From positions 576,001 to 640,000 of the forward strand of contig CAWFFN010000007.1 of NCBI GenBank assembly GCA_963815115.1: a stretch of 64,000 nucleotides of DNA, given 5' to 3'. Of the stretch, positions 56,025 to 64,000 are shown piece after piece; the stretch's first letter is position 1, and the number at the start of each line of letters is the position of its first letter. Under the pieces are notes generated by a model. That model was not told the DNA's origin and searched no databases. It worked only from the letters and a program-made list of their open reading frames with translations. The translations under genes and the position numbers were made by a program. Source of the DNA: an uncultured delta proteobacterium (GTDB lineage: Bacteria; Desulfobacterota; Binatia; DP-6).

Positions 56025-59000
56025 GTGAAAACCCAGCGCACGGGGACGGCCCTCGCTCGCCGTCAGGACGCTCGTCGTTCCGTTCGGTTGTCGCGTCCGT
56101 TGGCGGCAGCGTTCACGATCCTCGTTCTTCTCGGCACCGCCCCCGCGGCGCTTGCCGTCTGCGGAAACGGGGTCGTGGAGTCTGGCGAAACCTGTGACGA
56201 CGGCAACACGACGAGCGGAGACTGCTGCGACGCGACCTGCCACATCGAACCCGGCGGCTCGGTCTGCCGGCCCGCGGCCGGCACCTGCGACGTTCCCGAG
56301 ACCTGCAACGGCATCAGCCCCACGTGTCCCGCCAACGTCGTTCAGCCGGCCGGATTCACGTGCCGCCCGTCCGCTGGCGTCTGCGACACGGCGGAGACCT
56401 GCAACGGCACCAGCACGGCGTGCCCAGCCGATGGGTTCCAGCCGTCCAGCATCGTCTGCCGCGCCTCGGCCGGCGTCTGCGACCTCGCCGAGAATTGCAC
56501 CGGCTCGAGCGCCGCCTGCCCCGCCGACGCCAAGAGCACCGCGGTCTGCCGGCCGGCCGCCGGCGCATGCGATGCCGCCGAAAGCTGTAACGGCGTGAGC
56601 AACACCTGCCCGGGCGACGTCCTCGCTCCCTCCGGCACCGTCTGCCGGGCCTCCGCCGGCGTCTGCGACGTCGCCGAGACCTGCAGCGGCAGCAGCCCGG
56701 CATGTCCGGCCGATGCCTTCCAGCCCGCCACGCTCGTCTGCCGCACCCTCCAGGGCGCCTGCGACGCAGGGGCCGAGCACTGCACCGGGACCAGCGGCAC
56801 GTGCCCCGGGGACACGCCCCTGCCGAGCGGCACGGTATGCCGTCCCGCCGCCGGCGTGTGCGACCTCGCCGAGACCTGCAACGGCACCAGCGACCTCTGC
56901 CCCGGCGACGTGAAGAGCGTGGCGGTGTGCCGCCCGGCGGCGGGCGGATGCGACATCCCCGAGGCGTGCGACGGCTCGGGGAACAACTGCCCGGGCGACG
57001 TCCTGAAGCCGTCGGGGAGCGTCTGCCGGGCGGCGGCGGGCGTCTGCGATCAGGCCGAGGTGTGCAACGGGACGAGCGCCGCATGCCCCGCCGACGCGCT
57101 TCTGCCCAACACGACGGTCTGCCGCGCCGCGGTCGGCGTGTGCGACGCCGTCGAGACCTGCACCGGGGCGGACGTCAACTGTCCGCCCGACGCGCTCGTT
57201 CCGGCCGGCACGCTGTGCCGCGCAGCGGCAGGTCTGTGCGATCAGGCCGAGACCTGCACGGGATCGAACGTCAACTGTCCCGCCGACCAGCTCAAGTCCG
57301 CGTCGGTCACCTGCCGCTCCTCTGCGGGCATCTGCGACGTGGTGGAGACGTGCACGGGCACGAGCAGCAATTGTCCGCAGGACGTCTTCCAGCCGGCGAC
57401 GACCGTGTGCCGCCCCGCCGCGGGCCCCTGCGATGCCGCCGAGACGTGCGCCGGCACCGGGCCCACCTGTCCGACCGATCTGAAGTCGACCGGCGTCTGC
57501 CGGCCGGGCATCGACCTGTGCGATGCCTCGGAGGTCTGCGACGGCGTGCACGACACGTGTCCGCCGGACGTGGTGCGTCCGGCGGGCGCCATCTGTCGCG
57601 ACGCCGCCGGCTCCTGCGACGTCGTCGAAAGCTGCGACGGGACGAGCACGGCGTGTCCGGCGGACACCGTCAAGCCGGCGACGTTCCAGTGCCGGCCCGC
57701 GGCCGGAGTCTGCGACGTGGCGGAGAACTGCACCGGGACCACGCCGGCCTGCCCGGCCGATGTCCTCGCGCCCAACACCACCGTCTGCCGCACGGCCGCA
57801 GGCGTATGCGATCTGGTCGAGACCTGCACCGGGACCACGCCCACGTGTCCGAACGACGCCAAGGGCACCGGCGTCTGCCGGGCGGCGGTCGACGCCTGTG
57901 ACAAGCCCGAGGTCTGCAACGGGTCGAGCAACAACTGTCCCGGCGACGGCCTCCAGCCCGCGGGCTTCGTCTGCCGCGCGGCCGCGGGCGCGTGCGACGC
58001 GGTCGAGACCTGCACCGGGTCGAGCGCCGCCTGCCCGCCCGATGCCGTCCTGCCCGCCGGCTCCTCCTGCCGGGCTACCGCCGGCGCGTGCGACGTGGCG
58101 GAGAGCTGCAACGGCACCGGCACCGCCTGCCCGGCCGACGCGTTCCTCCCGGCCACGAGCGTCTGCCGCGCATCGGTGGGCGCCTGCGACGTGGCCGAGA
58201 GCTGCACCGGCACCGGCCCCACCTGTCCGCCCGACGCGTTCCAGCCCTCCTCGCTCGTCTGTCGTGGCGCCGCGGGTCCGTGCGACCTGGCGGAGAGCTG
58301 CACCGGCACGAGCGGCACCTGTCCGCCCGACGCCAAGAGCACGGCCGTGTGCCGTATCGCGACCGCCGCCTGCGACGCCGCGGAGAGCTGCGACGGCGTC
58401 GGCAACACCTGCCCGCCGGATGCGCTCGCGCCGGCCGGCACGGTGTGTCGTGCCACCGCCGGCGCCTGTGACGTCGCCGAGACGTGCAGCGGGTCGGGCG
58501 CCACCTGTCCGCCCGACGCCGTGCTGCCCTCCGGCTCGACCTGCCGTCCTGCGGCGGGTGCCTGCGACGTGGCGGAGAGCTGCAACGGCACCAGCACCGC
58601 TTGCCCGGTCGACGCATTCCTTCCCGCCACCAGCGTCTGCCGCGCATCGGCGGGCGCCTGCGACCTGGCCGAGAGCTGCAGCGGCACGAGCGGCGCGTGC
58701 TCGCCCGACTCGAAGAGCACCGCCGTCTGCCGGGCGTCGGCGGGCGCCTGCGACGTCGCCGAGAGCTGCGACGGCGTGACCGATACCTGCCCGGTCGACG
58801 CGCTCGCGCCGGCCGGTACGGTCTGCCGGTCGTCGGCGAGCAGCTGTGACGTCGCGGAGGTGTGCGACGGCACCAGCGCCACCTGCCCGCCCAACGACGT
58901 TCCCGGCGATCTCGACGGCGACGGCATCTGCGACGCGGCCGACAACTGTCCTTCCGTGGCCAACGCCGGACAGGCCGACGGCGACGGCGATCACGTGGGC

Positions 59001-59513
59001 GACGCTTGCGACGTCTGCAACAACGTCGCTCCGACGGCGGCGGTCAAGCCGAAGCTCAGCCTCACCAAGCTGCTGCCGCCCGGCGGCGACGACCGCGTCA
59101 AGTTCAAGGGGACGATCACCGGCGTCCCGAACGCCTCCTCGGTCAACCCCGCGACCACCGGCGTGCGCTTCCTGCTCACCGACGGTACGGGCGTGACCCT
59201 GCTGGACGCCGCCATCCCCGGAGGCACCAACTGGAAGGTGGGGCCGACGTCGTGGACCTACCGCAACAAGCTGACGCCGGTCGCCGGCATCACCAAGATG
59301 CTGCTCAAGACCCGGGTACCGGGCGAGTTCAAGTTCGTCATCGCCGGCCGCGACGGGACGTATCTGTCGCCCAGCGACTCGACGGTGCACGCCACCCTGG
59401 TCCTCGATCCTCCCGTCGCGGACACGGGTCAGTGCGGCGAGGTCGCCTACGTCGACGGCAGCGACCTGACCTGCCGCATCCTCGGCGGCGGCGCGAAGGT
59501 GCTCTGCAAGTAG
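56025..59513 (+). CDS. Large secreted protein with 28 disintegrin-like Cys repeats, TSP3-like Ca-binding motif and C-terminal beta-rich domain
   Basis: GTG at 56025 after a G-rich SD; signal-like FTILVLLGTAPAALA; repeats VCRxAAGxCDxAExCxGxSxxCPxD; DLDGDGICDAADNCP...DGDGDHVGDACD. Confidence 0.9.
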   Translation: MKTQRTGTALARRQDARRSVRLSRPLAAAFTILVLLGTAPAALAVCGNGVVESGETCDDGNTTSGDCCDATCHIEPGGSVCRPAAGTCDVPETCNGISPTCPANVVQPAGFTCRPSAGVCDTAETCNGTSTACPADGFQPSSIVCRASAGVCDLAENCTGSSAACPADAKSTAVCRPAAGACDAAESCNGVSNTCPGDVLAPSGTVCRASAGVCDVAETCSGSSPACPADAFQPATLVCRTLQGACDAGAEHCTGTSGTCPGDTPLPSGTVCRPAAGVCDLAETCNGTSDLCPGDVKSVAVCRPAAGGCDIPEACDGSGNNCPGDVLKPSGSVCRAAAGVCDQAEVCNGTSAACPADALLPNTTVCRAAVGVCDAVETCTGADVNCPPDALVPAGTLCRAAAGLCDQAETCTGSNVNCPADQLKSASVTCRSSAGICDVVETCTGTSSNCPQDVFQPATTVCRPAAGPCDAAETCAGTGPTCPTDLKSTGVCRPGIDLCDASEVCDGVHDTCPPDVVRPAGAICRDAAGSCDVVESCDGTSTACPADTVKPATFQCRPAAGVCDVAENCTGTTPACPADVLAPNTTVCRTAAGVCDLVETCTGTTPTCPNDAKGTGVCRAAVDACDKPEVCNGSSNNCPGDGLQPAGFVCRAAAGACDAVETCTGSSAACPPDAVLPAGSSCRATAGACDVAESCNGTGTACPADAFLPATSVCRASVGACDVAESCTGTGPTCPPDAFQPSSLVCRGAAGPCDLAESCTGTSGTCPPDAKSTAVCRIATAACDAAESCDGVGNTCPPDALAPAGTVCRATAGACDVAETCSGSGATCPPDAVLPSGSTCRPAAGACDVAESCNGTSTACPVDAFLPATSVCRASAGACDLAESCSGTSGACSPDSKSTAVCRASAGACDVAESCDGVTDTCPVDALAPAGTVCRSSASSCDVAEVCDGTSATCPPNDVPGDLDGDGICDAADNCPSVANAGQADGDGDHVGDACDVCNNVAPTAAVKPKLSLTKLLPPGGDDRVKFKGTITGVPNASSVNPATTGVRFLLTDGTGVTLLDAAIPGGTNWKVGPTSWTYRNKLTPVAGITKMLLKTRVPGEFKFVIAGRDGTYLSPSDSTVHATLVLDPPVADTGQCGEVAYVDGSDLTCRILGGGAKVLCK

Positions 59514-59553
59514 GGCGTTGGACAGAGCCGCCATCCGCGGACGCGCCACGTTT

Positions 59554-59653
59554 TGCCGCGCCGGCTTCGCCGGCCGCGGCACGCCGTCCGCCCGATTCAC
59601 CGAACGCCACACGCTCGCTCCGCTCGCGGCCCGAGACGAAGTCTCGGGCCGCG
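59554..59653. repeat. Dispersed two-hairpin repeat, locus C
   Basis: TGCCGCGCCGGCTTCGCCGGCCGCGGCA (59554-59581) and CGCGGCCCGAGAC-GAA-GTCTCGGGCCGCG (59625-59653). Confidence 0.9.
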
Positions 59654-59656
59654 CTC

Positions 59657-61180
59657 CTAACCCGCCTGGCACACGAGCGGGAGCTCGCGGCCGAGGTCGT
59701 GTCGCATGACGTCGTCGAGGGTGGCGAGCAGGTCGGAGCGTCGCGACGCGAGCGCGGGGTCGCTCCAGCGGTTCACCAGCTCGCCGGGATCCTCGTCGAG
59801 GTCGTAGAGCTCGCCGCGCTCGGGCACCGCTTCGTCGCGCGTGATGCGATAGCGCCGGGTCGTCAGGGTACGGAAGGCGAAGCCGCCGCGGATCATGTCG
59901 TCCTCGGTGAGGACGAGCTCGCGCGGGCCGTCGAGGAGCGGACGCCCCTCCATGCCCCCGGGCCGCGGCACGCCGCAGGCCTGCAACGCCGTCGGCGCCA
60001 GGTCGATGGTGCCGACCGGGTCGTCGACGACCGCCGCCGCCGCGAAGCCCGGACCGCGCACGATCAGCGGTACCCGGATCAGCGCCTCGTAGTGGATCGG
60101 CGCCTTCAGCATCATCTGATGGTCGCCCATGAAGTCACCGTGATCTCCGGTGAAGACCACCAGCGTGTCGTCCGCCAGGCCGCGGGCGGCGAGCGCGGCC
60201 AGCACGCGGCCGATGTGATGGTCGAGCTGCGCGATCATGCCGTAGTAAGCGGCGAGGATCGTGCACTGCTCGACCTCGCTGAACTGCACCCAGCCGGGAT
60301 TCACCCACTCCCACGCGGTGCCGCGGAAGCCGGTGGTCCAGACGCGGTGGAAGTCGGGCTTGGTGTCGAACTCCTCGGGATGGCTCCTGGGAAGCACGGC
60401 CAGCATGTCGGCGGGATCGTAGCGATCGCACCAGGGGTGCGGCGGGTCGAACGGGTGGTGCGGATCGGGGAAGCTCACCCAGGCGAAGAACGGCCGGTCG
60501 ACGCGCGACAGCCAGGCGATCGTGCGGTCGGCGATCCACTGCGTCGGGTGGTCCTCCTCCGGGAGCTGGTTGCCCCAGGTCTGCGTCGCGTCCCACACCC
60601 GCCCGGCGGCCTCGGGCTGCATCAGGCGGAGCCGTTCGAGGCCGCGCCGGCGGCCGTCGCGGAAGAGGTGGCGCGCGTAGTGCAGCCCCATCGGCGGCGG
60701 TCCGAAGCCCCAGTTCCAGTGACCCGCCTGCGGCGCGATGCGGATGTTGTGCACGTCGGTGGTGAGCTCGACGTGGTCGAAGCCGAAGTAGGGCCCGTAC
60801 CAGTCGGGCGGGACCAGCGCGGAATCCGGTACCGACTCGACGCTGCCGGTCGGGAAGTCGGGGAAGTAGGACGCGAAGTGCGCCTTGCCGAAGAACGCGG
60901 TGGCGAACCCGGCTCCGGCGAAGGTGGTGGCGACCGAATCCGCGGCCGCCTCGAGGGGAACATCGATGCCGTTACGGATGACCCCGTGCGTGCTGGGATA
61001 CTGTCCGGTCAGGATGGTCGCACGGGCCGGCTGGCAGAACGGGTTCTGCGTCCGGCAGCGCGTGAAGCGCGTTCCCTCGGCGGCGAGGCGATCGAGATGG
61101 GGCGTGGCCCCGAGCGGATCGCCGTAGGCGCCGATGGTGGTCGCCTTGTGTTGGTCCGTGGTCACCAGGAGCACGTTCAT
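59657..61180 (-). CDS. Cytoplasmic Cys-type sulfatase
   Basis: VTTDQH, CQPARATILTG (CxPxR), GKAH, DPHHP, GDHGD, ELYDL..DPGE; no signal peptide. Confidence 0.93.
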   Translation of the reverse strand: MNVLLVTTDQHKATTIGAYGDPLGATPHLDRLAAEGTRFTRCRTQNPFCQPARATILTGQYPSTHGVIRNGIDVPLEAAADSVATTFAGAGFATAFFGKAHFASYFPDFPTGSVESVPDSALVPPDWYGPYFGFDHVELTTDVHNIRIAPQAGHWNWGFGPPPMGLHYARHLFRDGRRRGLERLRLMQPEAAGRVWDATQTWGNQLPEEDHPTQWIADRTIAWLSRVDRPFFAWVSFPDPHHPFDPPHPWCDRYDPADMLAVLPRSHPEEFDTKPDFHRVWTTGFRGTAWEWVNPGWVQFSEVEQCTILAAYYGMIAQLDHHIGRVLAALAARGLADDTLVVFTGDHGDFMGDHQMMLKAPIHYEALIRVPLIVRGPGFAAAAVVDDPVGTIDLAPTALQACGVPRPGGMEGRPLLDGPRELVLTEDDMIRGGFAFRTLTTRRYRITRDEAVPERGELYDLDEDPGELVNRWSDPALASRRSDLLATLDDVMRHDLGRELPLVCQAG

Positions 61181-61301
61181 CACGATCCTCTTCCCGTACC
61201 GGCCCGCTTCCGGTCTCTATGCCCGGCTCCTTGGTCGCCGTCCACCCACTCGACCTCGCGATCCTTCCGCGTTACCTAGGAGTGCACGGAGGGACAGCCG
61301 C

Positions 61302-62201
61302 ATGGCCATTCGCTTCGACGGCAAGGTTGCGATCGTGACGGGCGCGGGCGGAGGCCTCGGCCGGGCGCACGCCCTCGAGCTGGCGCGCCGCGGCGCCCGG
61401 GTGGTGGTGAACGACCTCGGCGGCGCGGTCGACGGCAGCGGCGGGTCGAGCAAGGCGGCCGAGGACGTGGTGGCGGAGATCAAGGCGCTGGGCGGCCAGG
61501 CCATCGCCAACGGCGGCTCGGTCGGCGATCGCGAGGGTGCCCGCAGCATCGTGCGCGACGCGGTCGAGGCCTACGGCACGGTCGACATCCTGATCAACAA
61601 CGCCGGCATCCTGCGTGACAAGTCGTTCGCCAAGATGGCGCTCGACGACTTCGAGCTGGTGCTGCGCGTCCACCTTCTCGGCAGCGTCTACTGCACCCAG
61701 GCGGCATGGCCGCTCATGGCCGAGAAGGGCTACGGGCGCATCGTCATGACGACCTCGTCGAGCGGGCTCTACGGCAACTTCGGCCAGTCGAACTACGGGA
61801 CCGCGAAGATGGCCCTCGTCGGCCTCATGAACACGCTCAAGCTCGAGGGCGAGCGCAAGAACATCCGGGTGAACGCCATCGCGCCGGTCGCGGCGACCCG
61901 CATGACCACCGATCTCGGCATCCCGGACGAGGTCATGAAGGCCCTCAAGCCCGAGCTCGTCACCCCCGCGGTGCTCTACCTGTGCAGCGAGGACGCGCCC
62001 AACGGCACGATCGTGGAGGCCGGCGCCGGCTACTTCGCCAGGGTCGCGGTGATGGAGGCGAAGGGCGTGCACGTCGGGGCCGCGGCGACCGTCGAGGACG
62101 TCGCGGCCGCGTTCGATCGCATCGCGGACCTGAAGGAGGCGACGCCGTTCTGGCAGGGCGCCGAGGTGACGCAGAAGATCGTCACCACCCGCCCGCGCTA
62201 G
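61302..62201 (+). CDS. SDR oxidoreductase (MFE-2/HSD17B4-like hydroxyacyl-CoA dehydrogenase)
   Basis: TGAGGGLG, VVNDLGG, NNAGILRD, GNFGQSNYGTAK. Confidence 0.93.
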   Translation: MAIRFDGKVAIVTGAGGGLGRAHALELARRGARVVVNDLGGAVDGSGGSSKAAEDVVAEIKALGGQAIANGGSVGDREGARSIVRDAVEAYGTVDILINNAGILRDKSFAKMALDDFELVLRVHLLGSVYCTQAAWPLMAEKGYGRIVMTTSSSGLYGNFGQSNYGTAKMALVGLMNTLKLEGERKNIRVNAIAPVAATRMTTDLGIPDEVMKALKPELVTPAVLYLCSEDAPNGTIVEAGAGYFARVAVMEAKGVHVGAAATVEDVAAAFDRIADLKEATPFWQGAEVTQKIVTTRPR

Positions 62202-62208
62202 AAGCGTT

Positions 62209-62394
62209 GCGGCGAAGCCGCCGCGGCAGTCGTTTCGGAACACGAGCCCGTAGCCGAGACGGCATGCTTGCGGGCGCTGCAGGCTCGGGCGTGCCACGTT
62301 TGCCGCGCCGGCTCTCCCGGCCGCGGCACGGCGTTCGCCCGATGCACCGAACACGACTCGCTCGCTTTCGACCCGAGACGGAGTCTCGGGTCGA
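62209..62394. repeat. Dispersed two-hairpin repeat, locus D (full unit plus partial inverted unit)
   Basis: GCGGCGAAGCCGCCGCGGCA (62209-62228), TGCCGCGCCGGCTCTCCCGGCCGCGGCA (62301-62328), TCGACCCGAGAC-GGA-GTCTCGGGTCGA (62368-62394). Confidence 0.9.
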
Positions 62395-62397
62395 GCG

Positions 62398-63624
62398 TCA
62401 CTCCGGCGTGAAGCGCACCGGCATGTGCTTGATGCCGTTCAGGAAGTTCGAGCGCAGGCGCTCGACCGGACCGGCCAGCTCGATGTCGGGCAGCCGGCGC
62501 AGCAGCTCCTCGAACATGATGCGGATCTCGAGGCGCGCCAGATGCGCGCCGAGGCAGAAGTGCGGCCCGATGCCGAAGCCGAGGTGATCGTTCGGGGTCC
62601 GGGCCACGTCGAAGCGGTGCGCGTCGGTGAAGACCTCCTCGTCGCGGTTCGCCGAGGCATACCAGATGGTCACCCGGTCGCCCTCGCGGATCGCCTGGCC
62701 GCCGATCTCGCAGTCGCCCTGCGCGGTGCGCCGGAAGACCATGACGGGGGACACCCAGCGCAGCATCTCCTCCACCATCGTCGGCAGGAGCGTGCGATCG
62801 GCGAGCAGCCGTGCCCGCTGCTCCGGGTGCTCGATCAACGCCAGCATGCCGCCGGCGATGAGATTGCGCGTGGTCTCGTTGCCGGCCACCGAGAGCAGCA
62901 GCACGAACGACTGGTACTGCGATTCCGTCAGGCGCTCGCCGTCCACCTCGGCCTGCAGGAGCACGCTGGTGAGGTCCTCGCGCGGGCAGCGCCGCCGCTC
63001 CTCGCCGAGCGCGTTGGCGTAGGCGAAGAGCTGCATCATCGCCACCTCCCCCTCCACCTTGCTGGTGGCGTACTCGGGATCGTCGATGCCCACCATCGTG
63101 TTGCTCCACTCGAAGAAGCGATGGCGGTCCTCGTTCGGGACGCCCAGCATCTCGACGATCACCTGCAACGGCAGCTCGGCGGCGACCTCCGTGACGAAGT
63201 CGCACGTCCCCCGCTCTGCCACGGCGTCCACGATCCGGCGCGCCCGCTCCCGCACCTGCTGCTCGGTACGGTTCAGTATCTTGGGCGAGAACCCGAGGTT
63301 CACGAGACGCCGGTACTTCGTATGGCGCGGGGGATCCATGTTGAGCATGAGCTCCCGCTGCGGGATGAGCTGCTCCTCCGGGTAGGGCGGCAGGAGGGCG
63401 CTTCCCCGTGCCGACGAGAACGTCTTCTGGTCGAGCGACACCCGCCACACGTCGGCATGGCGGGTCACCGCCCAGAAGCCGCCGCCATGGACCGCATCCG
63501 GGTGCCAGTACACCGGCGCCTCCGCCCGCAGGCGGCGAAACGTCTCGTGCGGGACGCCGGCGACGAAGCTGTCGGGATTGGAGAGGTCCGCTCCGAAGGT
63601 GGGCGACGACGCGACGGCCTGCAT
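62398..63624 (-). CDS. Cytochrome P450 (CYP125/CYP124/CYP142-like)
   Basis: GFWAVTRH, MDPPRH, AGNETTRN, EEMLRW, FGIGPHFCLG heme motif. Confidence 0.94.
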   Translation of the reverse strand: MQAVASSPTFGADLSNPDSFVAGVPHETFRRLRAEAPVYWHPDAVHGGGFWAVTRHADVWRVSLDQKTFSSARGSALLPPYPEEQLIPQRELMLNMDPPRHTKYRRLVNLGFSPKILNRTEQQVRERARRIVDAVAERGTCDFVTEVAAELPLQVIVEMLGVPNEDRHRFFEWSNTMVGIDDPEYATSKVEGEVAMMQLFAYANALGEERRRCPREDLTSVLLQAEVDGERLTESQYQSFVLLLSVAGNETTRNLIAGGMLALIEHPEQRARLLADRTLLPTMVEEMLRWVSPVMVFRRTAQGDCEIGGQAIREGDRVTIWYASANRDEEVFTDAHRFDVARTPNDHLGFGIGPHFCLGAHLARLEIRIMFEELLRRLPDIELAGPVERLRSNFLNGIKHMPVRFTPE

Positions 63625-63698
63625 GGGGTCCGTCGCTAGCCAAACGAGCGTTTGTTTGTCAAGCACGAGGTGCCTGAATCCGCGCGCTGGGCTATCAT

Positions 63699-64000
63699 GT
63701 GGTCGTGGGTGGTCGGGTGTGGGGTGGTGGGAGGTGGACGTGCGTCGTCCTGTGCGCCGGTCTGATCGCCGGGTGCGCCCTGCTACGCGGCCATCGTCCT
63801 GGCACGGGCGGCTCGCTGCGCGATCGCCGGCTCATGGTGCCGGTCGCCGGGGTCGCGCCGGCGGACGTGCACGACAGCTTCAATGCGCCGCGGGACGGCG
63901 GAGCGCGCCGGCATCACGCGATCGACATCTTCGCGCCCGTCGGCACCCCCGTGCTCTCGGCCGACGACGGCGTCGTGCTGGCGGTCAAGCGCAACCGGCT
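63699..64000 (+). CDS. M23 family metallopeptidase, probable lipoprotein, N-terminal part (runs off the window)
   Basis: Manual translation: LIAGC lipobox-like, VPVAGV...HDSF...RHHAIDIFAPVGTPVLSADDG (HxxxD). Start uncertain. Confidence 0.82.
   Translation, partial: MVVGGRVWGGGRWTCVVLCAGLIAGCALLRGHRPGTGGSLRDRRLMVPVAGVAPADVHDSFNAPRDGGARRHHAIDIFAPVGTPVLSADDGVVLAVKRNR

Noticed and set aside
51900-58900. Regularly spaced DNA repeats resembling a CRISPR array or DGR template
   Set aside because: Periods are multiples of 3 inside intact ORFs, there are no unique spacers, and no cas or reverse transcriptase gene is present.
63670-63698. CTGAATCC upstream of the M23 peptidase, reminiscent of a c-di-AMP (ydaO) riboswitch start
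   Set aside because: The gap is far too short and the other conserved blocks are absent.

Overview
High-GC (roughly 70%+ by eye) bacterial chromosome segment, almost entirely coding and mostly on the minus strand. Gene content and the large Cys-rich secreted proteins suggest a deltaproteobacteria-like lineage such as Candidatus Binatia or Myxococcota (inference only). In window order it holds: a sqdB-like/GT2/sulfatase-like cluster; TPR, DUF151, VWA and MoxR genes; a peptide-type ABC transporter without an ATPase; a dnaE-hflX-pgsA-like/LolA-like/IMPase operon; guaBA preceded by two tandem toxin-antitoxin modules (Xre-RES and VapBC); a long housekeeping run (tilS, ftsH, cdaA, cdaR, glmM, pdxJ, nnr, tsaE, lysC, cimA, iscS-like, mnmA, mtaB, rnc, era, der) with an S53 protease inserted between rnc and era; an S8/S53-like protease; two divergent giant Cys-rich repeat proteins sharing a C-terminal domain; then a sulfatase, SDR, P450 and a truncated M23 peptidase. 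No tRNA, rRNA, CRISPR array or transposase was seen. The strongest unexplained signal is a dispersed structured repeat (4 loci, 5-6 units): two hairpins about 40-44 nt apart with compensatory base changes, one hairpin always 3-6 nt after a stop codon. Two single-base frameshifts (ftsH and the sulfatase-like gene) look like homopolymer sequencing errors.
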